DNA of 64,000 nucleotides from Eledone cirrhosa (GCA_964016885.1 OZ024740.1:171616001-171680000), one strand, 5' to 3'; shown: positions 44,306-58,920, numbered from the stretch's first letter. Program-made: numbers and translations. Notes: generated by a model from the sequence alone, not told the origin.

Positions 44306-44356
44306 AGATTCCTGATGATTTCTAAAAAATGAAACAGTTCTAGTCCTGTAGAATCT
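44306..44356 (+). ncRNA. Type I HHR, weak helix II
   Basis: AGATTC-CTGATGA-TTTCTAAAAAAT-GAAA-CAG-TTCTAGTC-CTG-TA-GAATCT; partial minus copy near 29995-30040 has a better helix II. Confidence 0.72.
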
Positions 44357-44569
44357 CATCTATATTAAAACTATATATATATATATATACACACACACAG
44401 TAGGTTCGCTTTTTAAGCGAAGATGCGTTCGTGAAAGCGGTGCGTAAAGCAAATTGAAGAACAACAACAATGATAATAATTCAATACAGCACTCAAGTAG
44501 AGACTGCCAATGGAGTTAGAGAGAGAAAAACAATTGATTAAAAATGCAACTCTAATATATCATTATTTC

Positions 44570-44932
44570 TGGATTGGCAGTATCGGTAGAGGTTCGGACG
44601 CCATGCTTTGACGCATAGAGTTACGGCCCTTGCCATTCTGAGTTCAAATCCCGCCGAGGTTAACTTTGCCTTTCATCCTTACGGGGTCGATAAAATAAAG
44701 TACCAGTAATGTACTGGGTAATTTTCTGGCCTTGTGCCAATAGTAGAAACAATTATTTCTGATGATTTCTTTTGTCAATTCTAATGTTATATTATATTTC
44801 TGATGAATGAAAAAAATTAAAAACGTGCAAAGTGAATATTTAATAATTGTTTCTACTATTGACACAAGGCCAGCAATTATCCCAGTGTATTACTGGTACT
44901 TTATTTTATCGACCCCGTAAGGATGAAAGGCA
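44570..44932. mobile_element. Two family 1 SINEs tail-to-tail
   Basis: Full + copy 44570-44757 and partial - copy 44841-44932. Confidence 0.85.
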
Positions 44933-45104
44933 GGATAAGAGGCTGGATAAGAGGCGTTAAAGCAAATTCGCGTTAAAGCGAAATTCGCGTACAACAGTTT
45001 TGCAAGAGATGTCAACATGAATTGACCTGTTATTTTTATCTAAAGACATTTTTTTCCAATTCCATTCCGCCCGTCCCCCTCAATCTATCTTATTTCTCAT
45101 TCTT

Positions 45105-45140
45105 TCTTCTGATGAAGGACTAGCGTCCGAAACGTTAAGA
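45105..45140 (+). ncRNA. Minimal type I HHR
   Basis: TCTT-CTGATGA-A-GGAC-TAGC-GTCC-GAAA-CG-TT-AAGA. Confidence 0.78.
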
Positions 45141-45288
45141 CCCTCTCCCTTCTATATCAAGCGTTAACCTCATTTATCCCTTCCATATACTGTACCGATT
45201 GTGTTGTTATTTCTGTTTTAATTTCTACATACATATATATATATAGTCTTGAAAAAATATTATTAAATATTCACCTTGCACGTTTTTA

Positions 45289-45445
<157 letters not shown>

Positions 45446-45933
45446 TATGTGTCTGTGTGTACACATTGCTTTTTCTTCTGCATGCTGTATGCTGTTATTT
45501 TCAAGGTGTAACTGAATGCTGCAATATAATGAAATGGAATGACCACCGGTGTTTGTCAAGACTGGTCCGTTGCAGTACAGAAACAATCCATCTAACGGGC
45601 TTCCACACAGTTTCTATCTAGCCAGCTTCACCCACATGGTTATTGTATATTACACTTGCGCAAGATACCACGCAGTTTTTGTCGAAACCTGGACCTAATG
45701 ATTGCAAAGCGAACTTCTTAGTTATTCGGCCAAGCTGCCACAGCGATTTTAGTGATCAGGCCACACTTTACTGTAATGTGTGAAACTCAATGGAATGTTG
45801 ACTCATTATATATATATTTTTCTCTTTTGTTGCATATTTAATTTTTGAAATCGGTTTTCAATTTCCAACGTTCAACCATTTGTGTGTATTTTTCCGCCAG
45901 TTTAAACAACTTAATTTCACATTCCAATCATTT

Positions 45934-45998
<65 letters not shown>

Positions 45999-46402
45999 TA
46001 TCGTCATTCTAAGGTTCTAGTTATGTTATCGTACACTCTATTATTCGTTGTCTATATTTTCTATGGGATTTTTTTCTAGTGTTTATTTTTTTCTAGTCTT
46101 CCTTCCTTTTCATATTTCTTGTGTCTATTCACACTTCCAGTCATGTCTTTCTTCGTAAGTACATTCTTCTTTCACCCCTGTCCTTGAAACAAACTCACAT
46201 CAGCACCACCCCTCTCCTTCAAATATTTCAATCTCTAATGCCTGCCCCCAATTATACAAATTTACCTGTAGTTTTTGCTTGAAAACTGCTTCGGCAGCCG
46301 AACGCCCACCCACGCAACATTGTTCAGATAACAATATTACAATATTTGACTGTTAAAAACCTACCTATGACTCACATTCCAATCTTCTCTCTCCCTCTTT
46401 CT

Positions 46403-46483
<81 letters not shown>

Positions 46484-46520
46484 CCTCTCTCTCTCTCACT
46501 CTCTCTCTCATATATATATA

Positions 46521-46620
46521 TATATCTGAAGACGGCGGGTAGTGAAGACGTACGTAATTTTTCTTACTAATAATTAAATGGACATACGAGGAGCTACCCC
46601 CTAGAAACGATCGTAAAATA
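46521..46620 (+). ncRNA. HHR-like motif with damaged helix I
   Basis: CTGAAGA-C-GGCGGGTAG...CTACCCCCT-A-GAAA-CGATCG-TA; 5' arm replaced by (TA)n. Confidence 0.55.
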
Positions 46621-46695
46621 ATGAGTTTTAATATGAATTAACCGTTTTGTGTTTAATTTCATTGTTCTAATATTTCTCTCTCTCTCTCTATATAT

Positions 46696-46801
<106 letters not shown>

Positions 46802-46932
46802 TATATATATGTATACATATGTATGTACGTGCGGTCTAGAAGGAAGCTGATAAGGTCATAATGATGCTAACGTTCTATACTTCTCCATTATCCATTATAT
46901 TTTTATTTTTCGCAAATCTCCAAAATTCCTAC

Positions 46933-46993
<61 letters not shown>

Positions 46994-47138
46994 TAAGAAA
47001 AATGGACTGCTGCGTGGTTGCATATGGGTTACATATGAATAAAATTAGTCCTTCATCAGTGATCTTCCAACCTTCATTGGTATTGATTTTTAAAGCGATG
47101 AAATACCCATGAAGGTTGGAAGATCACTGATGAAGGAC

Positions 47139-47193
<55 letters not shown>

Positions 47194-47344
47194 TAAGTTA
47201 AAGTATCATAACATATATAATATATATAATGAGTATGTATCTCTGTAGAAAAGCATCAATAATTCAAATGTAAAGCTATATGTATATATATATATAGAGG
47301 AGAGAAAGAGTCATATATATATATATATATACTTTTTTTTATTT

Positions 47345-47682
47345 AATGCCCCACTCGGTCACGAATGACCATGGTTTTTGCTCCTAGAAAGTTTCCCTCC
47401 GAGGCACAAGCCCAGGCAAGGCTTGTTTTGTGGAAGACCAGTAAGTCGCCCATGCATACCAGTTTCCCCTCTCCACGCCACCGATGCTGTCCAGGGGAAA
47501 GGCAATGACCGATACAGCTTGGCGCCAATGACGTCGCAAATCATTTTTGCAGCTGAGTAAACTGGAGCAATGTGAAATAAAAGGTCTTGCTCAAGGACAC
47601 AACGCATCACCCAGTCCGAGAATCAAACTCGCAACCTCTCAATTGCAAGCCCAATGCTCTAACCAAGTAAGCCACGCGCCTT
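47345..47682 (-). mobile_element. SINE family 2, near full length
   Basis: Minus: GGCGCGTGGCTTACTTGGTTAGAGCATTGGGCTTGCAA tRNA-like head, then TTGTGTCCTTGAGCAAGACC...ACATTGCTCCAG body. Confidence 0.82.
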
Positions 47683-47703
47683 CAAACACATACACATATA
47701 TAT

Positions 47704-48278
47704 CTAGGGCGGGTAAAATTTCCGGGATCCATGGACGAGTTCTCTCCAGCGGTTTTTGTCCCTCATCATCGCTGCCATGTCCTGCGCTCCAAGAGACCAG
47801 TGTCTGTCCTTTGAGCATCATCATATATCAATCTCGGTCTCCCTCTTCTATCTTCTAGTACGTCCATGTAGGGGCTCCTACAGGAGCACTGAGTGCAGTG
47901 TCAACTCTGGATGTTGGTGAGCATGTCCAGCTAACCTCAGTCTCCTCTGTGCTACTTTCGAGCTGACTTTTGGGAGCCTCCTGTACAGCTCTGAGTTCTT
48001 CATCTTCAGTGTCTACTGATTAATGTACAGAGCCATCCTCAGCATTTTCGTGTAGCACCCATCCACCATCTGAGTGAGTTTCCAAGTCTCAGACCCGTAC
48101 AGCAGCACAGTGGAGTTCTTTGAGATACTGGCTGGAGTGCTCCAGGGAGATACATTGACTCCCTACCTTTTTATCATCGCAGTGGACTATTGTATGCGCC
48201 TTGCGCTGGAGAAACACCAGGACTCTGGCTTTACTGTAACACTGGCTCAGAGCAGGAGAGTTAAGGTGGAAAAGATAT

Positions 48279-48283
<5 letters not shown>
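47704..48283. mobile_element. RTE-clade LINE fragment with inverted 5' segment
   Basis: 47704-48110(-) is the element 3' end; 48111-48283(+) EFFEILAGVLQGDTL...KISD matches 52250-52419. Confidence 0.9.
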
Positions 48284-48330
<47 letters not shown>

Positions 48331-48418
48331 GTAGGAGGTGAGTTTTATTGTAGTACAATAAAGCAATGCAGATATCGGATAAGTAGCACTCTACAGTTTG
48401 TAGGACTGGAGTATAAAT

Positions 48419-48754
48419 AATATATAAGATCAAAAGATGGTTAAAAGAGTTCCATGTATTTTATTATGCGCATTTCAAAAGCAAATATCATCATGCGATG
48501 ACATTTTCGTTTTCGTCAGATAAAATAGGGAGACATGATATGAAGGTTAAAAAACACTTGTGAATAGTGCAGTTTTAAATCAACATATGTTGATTTAAAA
48601 CTGCACTATTCACAAGTGTTTTTTAACCTTCATATCATGTCTCCCTATTTTATCTGACGAAAACGAAAATGTCATCGCATGATGATATTTGTTTTTGAAA
48701 TGCGCATAATAAAATACATGGAACTCTTTTAACCATCTTTTGATCTTATATATT
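48419..48754. repeat. Spacerless palindrome (~168-bp arms) with an HHR on each strand
   Basis: Centre CAACAT|ATGTTG at 48586/48587; HHR(-) 48457-48527, HHR(+) 48646-48716. Confidence 0.95.
48646..48716 (+). ncRNA. Type I HHR
   Basis: TATTTTAT-CTGACGA-(long helix II)-GAAA-TGCGCA-TA-ATAAAATA; 8-bp helix I. Confidence 0.82.
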
Positions 48755-48964
48755 ATATATATATATATATATAACGAAGGAGTTGTGGTAAGGAACCAGA
48801 TGGACCATAACGCACCAGAGTACTCAATACTTAGGGTAGTAGTGTGGGTAATAGGAAAATGTATGACCCCGACGGCAGAGCTCAAGCCGTTTCGACAGCT
48901 ATTTCTGGACTACAGAAATAGCCGTCGAAGCGGCTTGAGCTCTGCCGTCGGGATTATTCATTTG

Positions 48965-49025
<61 letters not shown>

Positions 49026-49033
<8 letters not shown>

Positions 49034-49778
49034 ATGCTTTGGGAGGGTCATGTTGCCAATAAGAAACACACGCACCAGCTGCTTTCACTTCAATTTATTA
49101 TAAATTAAATTTATAAATTTAGGAATTTATAAATTTCAGGCTGGTTGGTTCCACAACCAGACGATTGTTCATATATTGTCAAAGTTCTTTCGTCACACAT
49201 TCTGTGACCTCTTCAGTGATTGGGGATTATTTTCTTTGTTTTTGTGCCTCTCCTTTGTTCTGTCCTACGCCATCTTGTTTTTGTGTATGTTGTGTGCTTA
49301 GTTTGCGCATGTGTTACATCCGGGTGTCTGTGTGTGTTTATATTTGTTTATTTGTTTGTTTATTTACATGTTACTGGTTATTTACATGTTAATGAAAACA
49401 CACACACAGATAGAACAAACAACCAACCAGTAACATGTAAATAAACAAATAAATAAACAAATATAAACACACACAGACACCCGGATGTAACGCATGCGCA
49501 AACTAAGCACACAACACACACAAAAACAAGATGGCGTAGGACAGAACAAAGGAGAGGCACAAAAACAAAGAAAATAATCCGCAGTCACTGAAGAGGTCAC
49601 AGAATGTGTGACGAAAGAACTTTGACAATATATGAACAATCGTCTGGTTGTGGAACCAACCAGCCTGAAATTTATAAATTCCTAAATTTATAAATTTAAT
49701 TTATAATAAATTGAAGTGAAAGTAACTGGTACGTGTGTTTCTTATTGGCAACATGACCCTACCAAAGCATAACAATAT
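49026..49778. repeat. Large inverted repeat (~354-bp arms, 45-nt spacer) with an HHR on each strand
   Basis: Arms 49026-49379 and 49425-49778; HHR(-) 49178-49220, HHR(+) 49584-49626. Confidence 0.95.
49584..49626 (+). ncRNA. Minimal type I HHR
   Basis: GTCA-CTGAAGA-G-GTCACA-GAATG-TGTGAC-GAAA-GAAC-TT-TGAC. Confidence 0.8.
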
Positions 49779-49832
49779 CGGTTTCAACACAGGTTTTCAG
49801 ATAAAGAATCTTGCTAAACAAATTCAGAAACG

Positions 49833-49869
<37 letters not shown>

Positions 49870-49872
49870 TAT

Positions 49873-52800
49873 ATGTGTCCTGTGTATGACATTAAACTAC
49901 ATCCAGTGGCAAGGCTCCAGTTCGGGAGTTCAGGAGCTGTGGGGAATGTGGAGTTACCCCTTAGTTGTCATAACTCCCAGGTCTGCTCTGGCCCAGAGTA
50001 GTAGTACCTGTTAGTGCCCCATTTATGGGTTAAATAACTACCTTATTCGAGTGGCGCCGGTAAGATATTGTCAGCCATTGAAAAGAAATATGGAGTGTCT
50101 ATCTAACAGCACTAGGGTTAGAGCCCCTAATTACACTGTCAAGGAGTAGTCTGGTCATTATGACTCTGCTGGCTTAGAGCCACAGGGAGGGCCAGTGGAT
50201 GATGGATCAGCTGTCTCTGAGACAAATATAAATAATGCAGTTTTGTCTTGCAGAAGAGCCATCAAAGTGGGCACTTTGAATGTGAGGACTATTTGGACGC
50301 TGGAGAAGAGAGAGGAGTTGGGACATCTGTTCGAGGAGAGTGGTATACAGATACTTGCGATCCAAGAACACAGGATCCTACACGATGAGCCCGTGAGGAG
50401 TGTGATAATTGGGAAGAGGAGCCAGCTCATCACCACATCGGCAGTGAGGAACATGATCAATGCTGCAGTGGGAGGAGTGGGTTTTGTTTTCAGCACAAAA
50501 ACCTGTCTATTGGTGAGGGAAATATTACCTGTCTCCGCACAAGTGTTGAGGGTAACCTTCAATGGAAACCCAACAATGACAGTCTTCTCAGCCTATATCC
50601 AACCGAGGGAGACAGTGATGTGAGTGCGGAAGAGTTCCATGAGGAGGTGTGTAGAGCTGTCAACACCACTCAAGCACACAACATCCTGCTTGTTTTGGGG
50701 GACTTCAATGCACATTTGAGTAAGGAGGGCAGTGAAGATCCTTGCTGGTACATCCATAACAACGCCAACCGAAATGGAAGACTACTGAGAGACACCCTGC
50801 TGGAGGCGAACTTGATAGCGACCAACCTAAGGTTTAGGAAGAATCCGGGGAAGATGTGGACCTCCATCTCAGATATGCACCTGTCCAAGTCCCAGATTGA
50901 TTTCATTCTGGTGAAGAAAAAGTGGCGGAATAGTGTTCTGAACACAGAACCATACAACTATTTCAGTACACTGGGTAGTGACCACCGGCTTGTTATGAGT
51001 GAGGTCCGGGTGAGCTTAAGAAAGAGCAAGGCTCAGCCCCGGAGAGCAATCTATGACTGGGGAGCTTTCAAGGAAGATGATAAGCTACAGGAGAGGTTCA
51101 CAGTGGAAGTGAGGAACAGGTTCAGTGCTCTGTGTGGAGAGACAGAGGAGAGAAAGATTGGATGGACTGAGGAGAGTGTGATGCGGAGGTACGGGCACTT
51201 CACCAATGCAGTGACGGAAGCAAGTGAAACCATGGTGCCGAAGAAAAAGAACTAAAGGAAGCACGCCAGCTCTGCAGACCCAAAAGTGTGTGCAGCCAGA
51301 GAACACCTGAAAGCTGCCAAGGACCAATTCTATGCTGATCCCACGGAGGAGAGGATGGAGACTGTGGTGGTGATGAGGGAAGAACTCTGTACCGCTTACA
51401 CTGAGGCCAGAGAGGAGGCACTGATAGAGAAGAGCACAAGTGTGGAGAGAGCGGTTGACAGATCTGGATGTAAGGAGAGCTGGATGATCATCAATTAAAT
51501 CACAGGGAGGAAGAGAAGGTGTTCGAGTCAGATCCAGGGAACGGGGCCTGAGGATAGGAAGAGGAAATGGCTAGACCATTTTAGGACCCTACTAGGAGAG
51601 CCACCTTCCACAGCCCAGAGCACTGGGGAGATCAGGCGGCTGTTTGAAAAACTAGATATTGAGACAGAGCCCTTCACCAGAGAGGAGCTTCAGAGAGCCA
51701 AGAAGAGGATCAAGGAGGGAAAGGCTCATGGAGAAGATGGAGTGGCATCAGAGGTGATGAATAGGTGTGATTTTGATGATATCATCCTGGAGTTCTGTAA
51801 CCAGGCACTGGAGAAAGGAGTTGCGCCGAATCAATGGAGGATCAGTAACATCGTCCCAGTGCCAAAGAAGAGAGATCTCTCTAACACCAACAACTACAGG
51901 GGGATCTCACTGACGTCACTTGTGGCAAAGACCCTCAACAGGATAATTCTTAACAGGATCTAGCCTGAGATGGAGAAGAAGCTCAGGGACAACCAGAACG
52001 GCTTCAGAGAGGGAAGATCAACCACCAGTCACATCCTGATGCTGAGGAGGATATTAGAGGGAGCTAGAGCAAAGTGCCTTCCTGCGGTCATGGTTTTCAT
52101 TGACTTTGGGAAGGCCTTTGATTCTGTGGACCGTCACTGCCTGATGAAGATCTTACAGGCTTATGGAATCCCAAAGAAAATAGTGGACCTAATATCACTG
52201 CTCTACACCAACACCAAAGCAAAAGTCATTACACCTGATGGGATGACAGAGTTCTTTGAGATACTGGCTGGAGTGCTCCAGGGAGATACATTGGCTCCCT
52301 ACCTTTTTATCATCGTAGTGGACTATTGTATGCGCTTTGCACTGGAGAAACACCAGGACTCTGGCTTTACTGTAGCACCGACTCAGAGCAGGAAAGTTAA
52401 GGCGAAAAATGTATCAGATGCTGAATTTGCCGACGACATAGTTTTGGTGACAAATACAGTGAAGGAGGCAGAGGATTTGATGCAGGAGGTTGAGACTGTG
52501 TCGATGAGTGTGGGGCTGAGAATGAATGAGACTAAAACAAAATATCTGGTAGAGAATGTTGAGAAGCCAGAGGGTATCACTAATGTAGGCGGGAAGCCGC
52601 TAGAATTGGTTGAGGACTTCCCGTATTTGGGAGGAAAGATTGGGAATACGGAAGATGATGTGGTTGAGAGGAAGAGCAAAGCCTGGGCGGCGTGCCACTG
52701 CTTGAGATCGGTGTGGAAGTCGGACCTTCATAAAGACCTGAAAATCTGCCTCTTCATTGCTGTAGTGGAGTCTGTGCTGCTGTACAGGTCTGAGACTTGG

Positions 52801-53165
52801 ATACTGACCAATAAACTCACTCAGATGGTGGATGGGTGCTACACGAGAATGCTGAGGATGGCTCTGAACATTAATCAGTATACACTGAGGATGAAAAACT
52901 CAGAGCTGTATGGGAGCCTCCCAAAAGTCAGCTCAAAAGTGACACAGAGGAGACTGAGGTTAGCTGGACATGCTCACCGGCATCCAGAGTTGACATTGCA
53001 CTCAGTGCTCCTGTGGGAGCCCCTACATGGACACACTGGAAGAAGAAGACCAAGGTTAACGTATGTTGGAGACGCAGGACATGGCAGCGATAATGAGGGA
53101 CAGAGACCGCTGGAGAGAACTCCTCCATGGATCTCGGGAATTTTACCCGCCCTAGAATAGAATAT
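49873..53165 (+). mobile_element. Near full-length RTE-clade LINE (5' UTR, APE endonuclease, RT), inactivated
   Basis: VGTLNVRT, LAIQEHR, LGDFNAH, QIDFILV, GSDHRLV, NYRGISL, NQNGFREGRST, GVLQGDTLAPYLF, FADD; frameshift near 50600, stops at 51253, 51496, 51961; TAGAA tail; within (TA)n. Confidence 0.93.
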
Positions 53166-53207
53166 ATATATATATATATATAAATGGAAAAAATAAACGT
53201 ATACATA

Positions 53208-53268
<61 letters not shown>

Positions 53269-53345
53269 GGAAAAAATAAACGTATACATACTTATATATA
53301 TATATATATATATAAATGGAAAAAATGAAACGAAACGTATACATA

Positions 53346-53390
<45 letters not shown>

Positions 53391-53618
53391 CTATATATAT
53401 AGCTATATATATATAACAAAGGAATTGTGGTAAGGAACCAGATGGACGATAACGCACCAGAGTACTCAATACTTAGGGTAGTAGAGTGGGAAATAGGAAA
53501 AAGTATGACTGATGGCAGAGCTCAAGCCAAAACCAAATAACCAATAAGTCCAGAATTAGCCGTCGAAACGGCTTGAGCTCTGCCGTCGTGGTCATACTTT
53601 TTCCTATATCTATCTATA

Positions 53619-53718
<100 letters not shown>

Positions 53719-53758
53719 AGAGTATTGAAGTTTGCTTGAAGCATTGTGGAACAATAAG

Positions 53759-54005
53759 TAAATATCTTTAAGTCGTTTGGAAGCCTCGACAATGCAAATG
53801 GGTAAATCTCCGGGTAACAACTCTCTCTTGTGTTGTTATTTTTATCCTTTATACTCTTCCCTTCATTCTACACATCTCACACATCTTATACACACCACGC
53901 ATCTCAACGTACACCCACTTACATCTCTCTCTCCACCACCGGACCTTGTTACCCGGAGATTTACCCATTTGCATTGTCGAGGCTTCCAAACGACTTAAAG
54001 ATATT

Positions 54006-54008
<3 letters not shown>
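53759..54008. repeat. Inverted repeat, ~62-bp arms with ~125-nt spacer
   Basis: GTAAATATCTTTAAGTCG...CCGGGTAACAA and its reverse complement, between (TA)n tracts. Confidence 0.9.
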
Positions 54009-54050
<42 letters not shown>

Positions 54051-54339
54051 AAATAACGAAACGAAATTAAATTTCGCTTCGTTTGTAACTCACTTTTGTA
54101 TGACTGACGCTTAAACAATTAAGTTAAAGATGTACATCCATATATGTATACTGAAATACTAGTATGTATATGAATACACACACGTATACATATGTAGATG
54201 TACCAAGTTTTTTTCACTGGTCACTTTACTGTGAGTGGCCAGCTATTCCGTATGTAAACACACAGACAAACCGGTTTTCAGAGTCATACTGGTTTTTGAG
54301 GAAACACCTTTCCTCCATTCTCCAGAAAGCCAGACAAGG

Positions 54340-54384
54340 AATATTGAACTAGTTTCGTTGTTGCTACAACTCATCAGCAATATT
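54340..54384 (-). ncRNA. Canonical minimal type I HHR
   Basis: AATATTG-CTGATGA-GTTGT-AGCA-ACAAC-GAAA-CTAG-TT-CAATATT; 7-bp helix I, 5-bp helix II, palindromic loop III. Confidence 0.9.
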
Positions 54385-54458
54385 TACCTATCTTCCGGCC
54401 TCTCTAGAGAATCGTAAAAGCACATATCGTTATATGCTTTTTCTATGAAAACTAATTT

Positions 54459-56518
54459 TCATAGAAGTCGGCAACCAAAACATTCACTGGGAATAGTCGG
54501 CTGTGGTTGGAGTTCGTGTACTTTTGCATGTCGCTTGAGCCCTCCTGCTGATTTACATTCTCTACCACATGTTTGGCAAGCATGATGAGTAGCATCTCCA
54601 ACAGCAGCCTGGTAGTCAACCACTGGTCTTACTTTATGACTGCGAAGATGACTTTCGAGTCTAGCTTTGCTTAGGCAGAGTCTCGCACAGACGCTGCATG
54701 TCAGCACCATAGGAGGACCCTCGCCGTCTGGAAGTGCAACAGCAATGCCCTTCCTCACATCCCGCTTTACTTTCTCGTATGCGATTCGAGATGCCTCAAA
54801 AGCAACTTTTCCCTCATATACAGTCTTTCTCCATTTATTACGATCAGCAGCAATATTTTCCCATGTATCAGCAGAGATGTTAGCGTCTTTCAGAGAGGCT
54901 TTCAAGGAATCCTTATACCTCTTTTTTGGTTTATGTGGCGGTCGTTTTCCTTTAACCAACTCCCCATAAAAGAGTTGTTTTGGTATTCTAGAATCCTTCA
55001 TCCTGGCAAGGTGACCACTCCAACGGAGTCGTTGCTTAAGCACAAGAGCTTCTATACTGTCACACATAGAGCTTTCCAAAATCTCGACATCACTGATGTG
55101 GTCCCTCCAGTGAACGCCATGGATCCGTCTGAGACACATCTGATGGAAACGCTCCAATTGCTTAAGGTGGTGTCGATATGTGACCCAGGTCTCGCAGGCA
55201 TAAAGAAGACAAGAGAGCACACATGCCCTGTACACCTTTACCTTTGTCCTCCTGCATATGTCTCGCCGACCCCAGAGTCGCCTTTCTAGCTTTCCGAAAG
55301 CATCACTTGCTTTCCTAATCCTAAGTGAGATTTCACTGTCAAGGTTGCTGTATCGATTGACAGTGCTTCCCAGGTAGACAAACTGATCAACCACTCCAAG
55401 TCGTTTACCATACGCATAGATATTTGGCTCAGTGTACTGCTTACTAGGGGCAGGTTGGTACATGACGACGGTTTTCTTGAGACTGACAGTCAATCTTAGG
55501 GCAGTGCAAGCGTCAGAAAATGCATTCAAAATGTGCTGCATATCACTCTCTGTGTGCGCTACAAGATCGCAATCATCTGCATACAAGAGGTCTCTTATGA
55601 TTGATGTAAATACTTTTGTCTTTGCAGCAAAGCGCCTGATGTTAAATATGCTGCCTGAGGTTCGATATCGGATGTAAACACCATGCTCGCAATTCCTGAA
55701 CGCAATACAGAAAACCATTGCAAAGTATATGGCAAACGGGGTCGGTGCTGGAATATCCCCCTCTTTCACTCCATTTCTTACTGAGATAGGCTCCGACATG
55801 TTACCTCCGACATTAACCCAAGCCTTCATGTCGTCATGGAAAGACCTAACTAAAGCAAGGAACTTATCAGGGCAACCAAGTTTCTGGAGAACCTTCCATA
55901 ATGCATCTCTGTTAACAGTATCGAAAGCTTTTGTCAGATCGACAAAAACCTGATACAGATCCAAGCCTTGTTCCATGCACTTCTCCTGGAGCTGTCTAGC
56001 TGAGAAGATCATATCAGTAGTGCCGCGTCCAGCACGAAAACCAGATTGACTTTCAGGAAGAACACAATCTGCAATGTGTGTCAGCAGACGGTCCAGAAGC
56101 ACCCTACATAAAATTTTCCCTACGACAGAAAGCAATGATATACCTCTGTAGTTCCCACAATCATTCCTGTTACCCTTTCCCTTGTACAAGACCACCATTA
56201 CTGCATCTCTCCAGTCCTCAGGTACGGATTCATTAGCCCATATCCTGCCAAACAAAGAGTGAAGATGTTGCAGGAGTCTCTCACCACCATATTGTAGGAG
56301 CTCAGCATGTATGCCATCCACACCTGGAGATCTTCCACTGTTCAGCTTCGAAATAGCCACTGCAACCTCCACAAGCGTGGGAGGTTCTGCGAGAGCTACT
56401 TTCAAAGGACTTTCTGGAATGAGATTGAGAAAATCTTCACTGACGACAGACGGCTGATTCAAAAGATCATCAAAGTGCTCTCGCCACCTTCGTAGAATTC
56501 CTTGTGAGTCACGAAGTG
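54459..56518 (-). mobile_element. RTE (BovB-like) LINE, 5'-truncated, uninterrupted RT frame with C-terminal C2H2 fingers
   Basis: About 685 open codons: NYRGISLL, PESQSGFR, FVDLTKAFD, LLYADD, LRWSGHLARM, CSVC..H..H, CQTC..H..H. The ORF-track N-terminus is microsatellite. Confidence 0.95.
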
Positions 56519-57784
<1,266 letters not shown>

Positions 57785-57785
<1 letters not shown>

Positions 57786-58752
57786 CAAAAAAATAAATAT
57801 CTAAAAATAAAAAAAATGTTGAATGTGAAGGGTAAGGCAGAAAGTAGGGGAAAAAAGAGGGGGGGGGGAATAAATGACATAGGGAAAGGTTTAAATATAA
57901 GGGGAGATAAGGGAGAAAGAGAATACGAGAGTACAGAACGTGGATTCAGCAGGTAAAAAAACCGTAGTGGAAGTAAAAAGCAGGAAAGGAGTTCAAGGTT
58001 GTTAAGTTACCGTAGGAATGTCAATCCAGTTACAGATCAGATGTGATTTCAGATGAGGACAACATCTGAAGATCTCGGTCTTTGAGTTCAGGCAAGCAGA
58101 AGTGGCTTTCAAGTTTAGCAAAATCCTATATTTTTCCGTGGTACACAAAGAACAATTCTTTGTGCCCCTTTGGTACTCCCTCGAATGGTATAAAATAGAC
58201 CAATCGATAGAGTACGGGATGTTTTTATCCTTGAATTCCCACACCTTACTTGCGAGGGCCGTTGCTGTTCGTTTATCGGAGTGCTTAAAAGAAGCGACAT
58301 GTGCATAAAACCTGGTTTTAAACCTGTCCTGGGTCATGCCAACATATCGCTCCCTCCTGGCTGGCTGGTTGTTGATTAAAGGTGTCACTTTGGCCTCATA
58401 AACAACGGATTTGGTGTTACATTTGCCCTGTAATGGGCATTCATCCGGCTTCCTGCAACTGCATCCTGGATTTGTTCTCGTACGATTTGAATTAGTGATC
58501 TTAGACTTCATTGATGGGCAACAAGAGTAACTGATCTTAACTACATTTCTATTAAATATCTTATAATATCTATGATTAATAACAGCGGTTTTACAGAACA
58601 AATTTATTATTTACCTACTCCCCCTAAAACTAACCACAATAATAGGAAAAGGAAAATTATTTGGTTTACACCCCCTTCTCTCTAACTGTCAAAACTAATG
58701 TAGGAAGGAAATTCCTTGACCTCTTAGATAAACATTTTCCTCCTAATCATAT
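57785..58752 (-). mobile_element. Penelope-like element 3' part (GIY-YIG endonuclease) with inverted 5' segment
   Basis: Minus: KIFNRNVVKISYSC, CSCRKPDECPLQGKC, VVYEAKV, YVGMT, FKTRFYAH, CSLCTTEK. Plus 58580-58752: NRKRKIIWFTPP, KTNVGRKFLDLLDKHFPPNH. Confidence 0.9.
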
Positions 58753-58920
58753 GTGTGTGTGTGTGTCGGCACGTTTATATCTATAAACATCAAAAGGTAT
58801 GCACATTTGTGTATATTTGTGTTGCACCATAGAACATGTGTGTTTACGTATGTCATTGTGTTTATATGTGGATAGAAATGTATGTTGGATGTATGCTGAT
58901 GTAGGTATGTATGTTGACGT

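Noticed and set aside
44396-45000. Pogo/Tigger-like MITE ends
   Set aside because: Only one plausible terminus; no matching inverted end or TSD.
46995-47146. CTGATGAAGGACT as a hammerhead (also 23024, 43295, 43820)
   Set aside because: No GAAA and helix III follow; type II pairing also fails. At most a half motif.
47600-47682. tRNA gene
   Set aside because: tRNA-like head continues into a SINE body; no intact cloverleaf.
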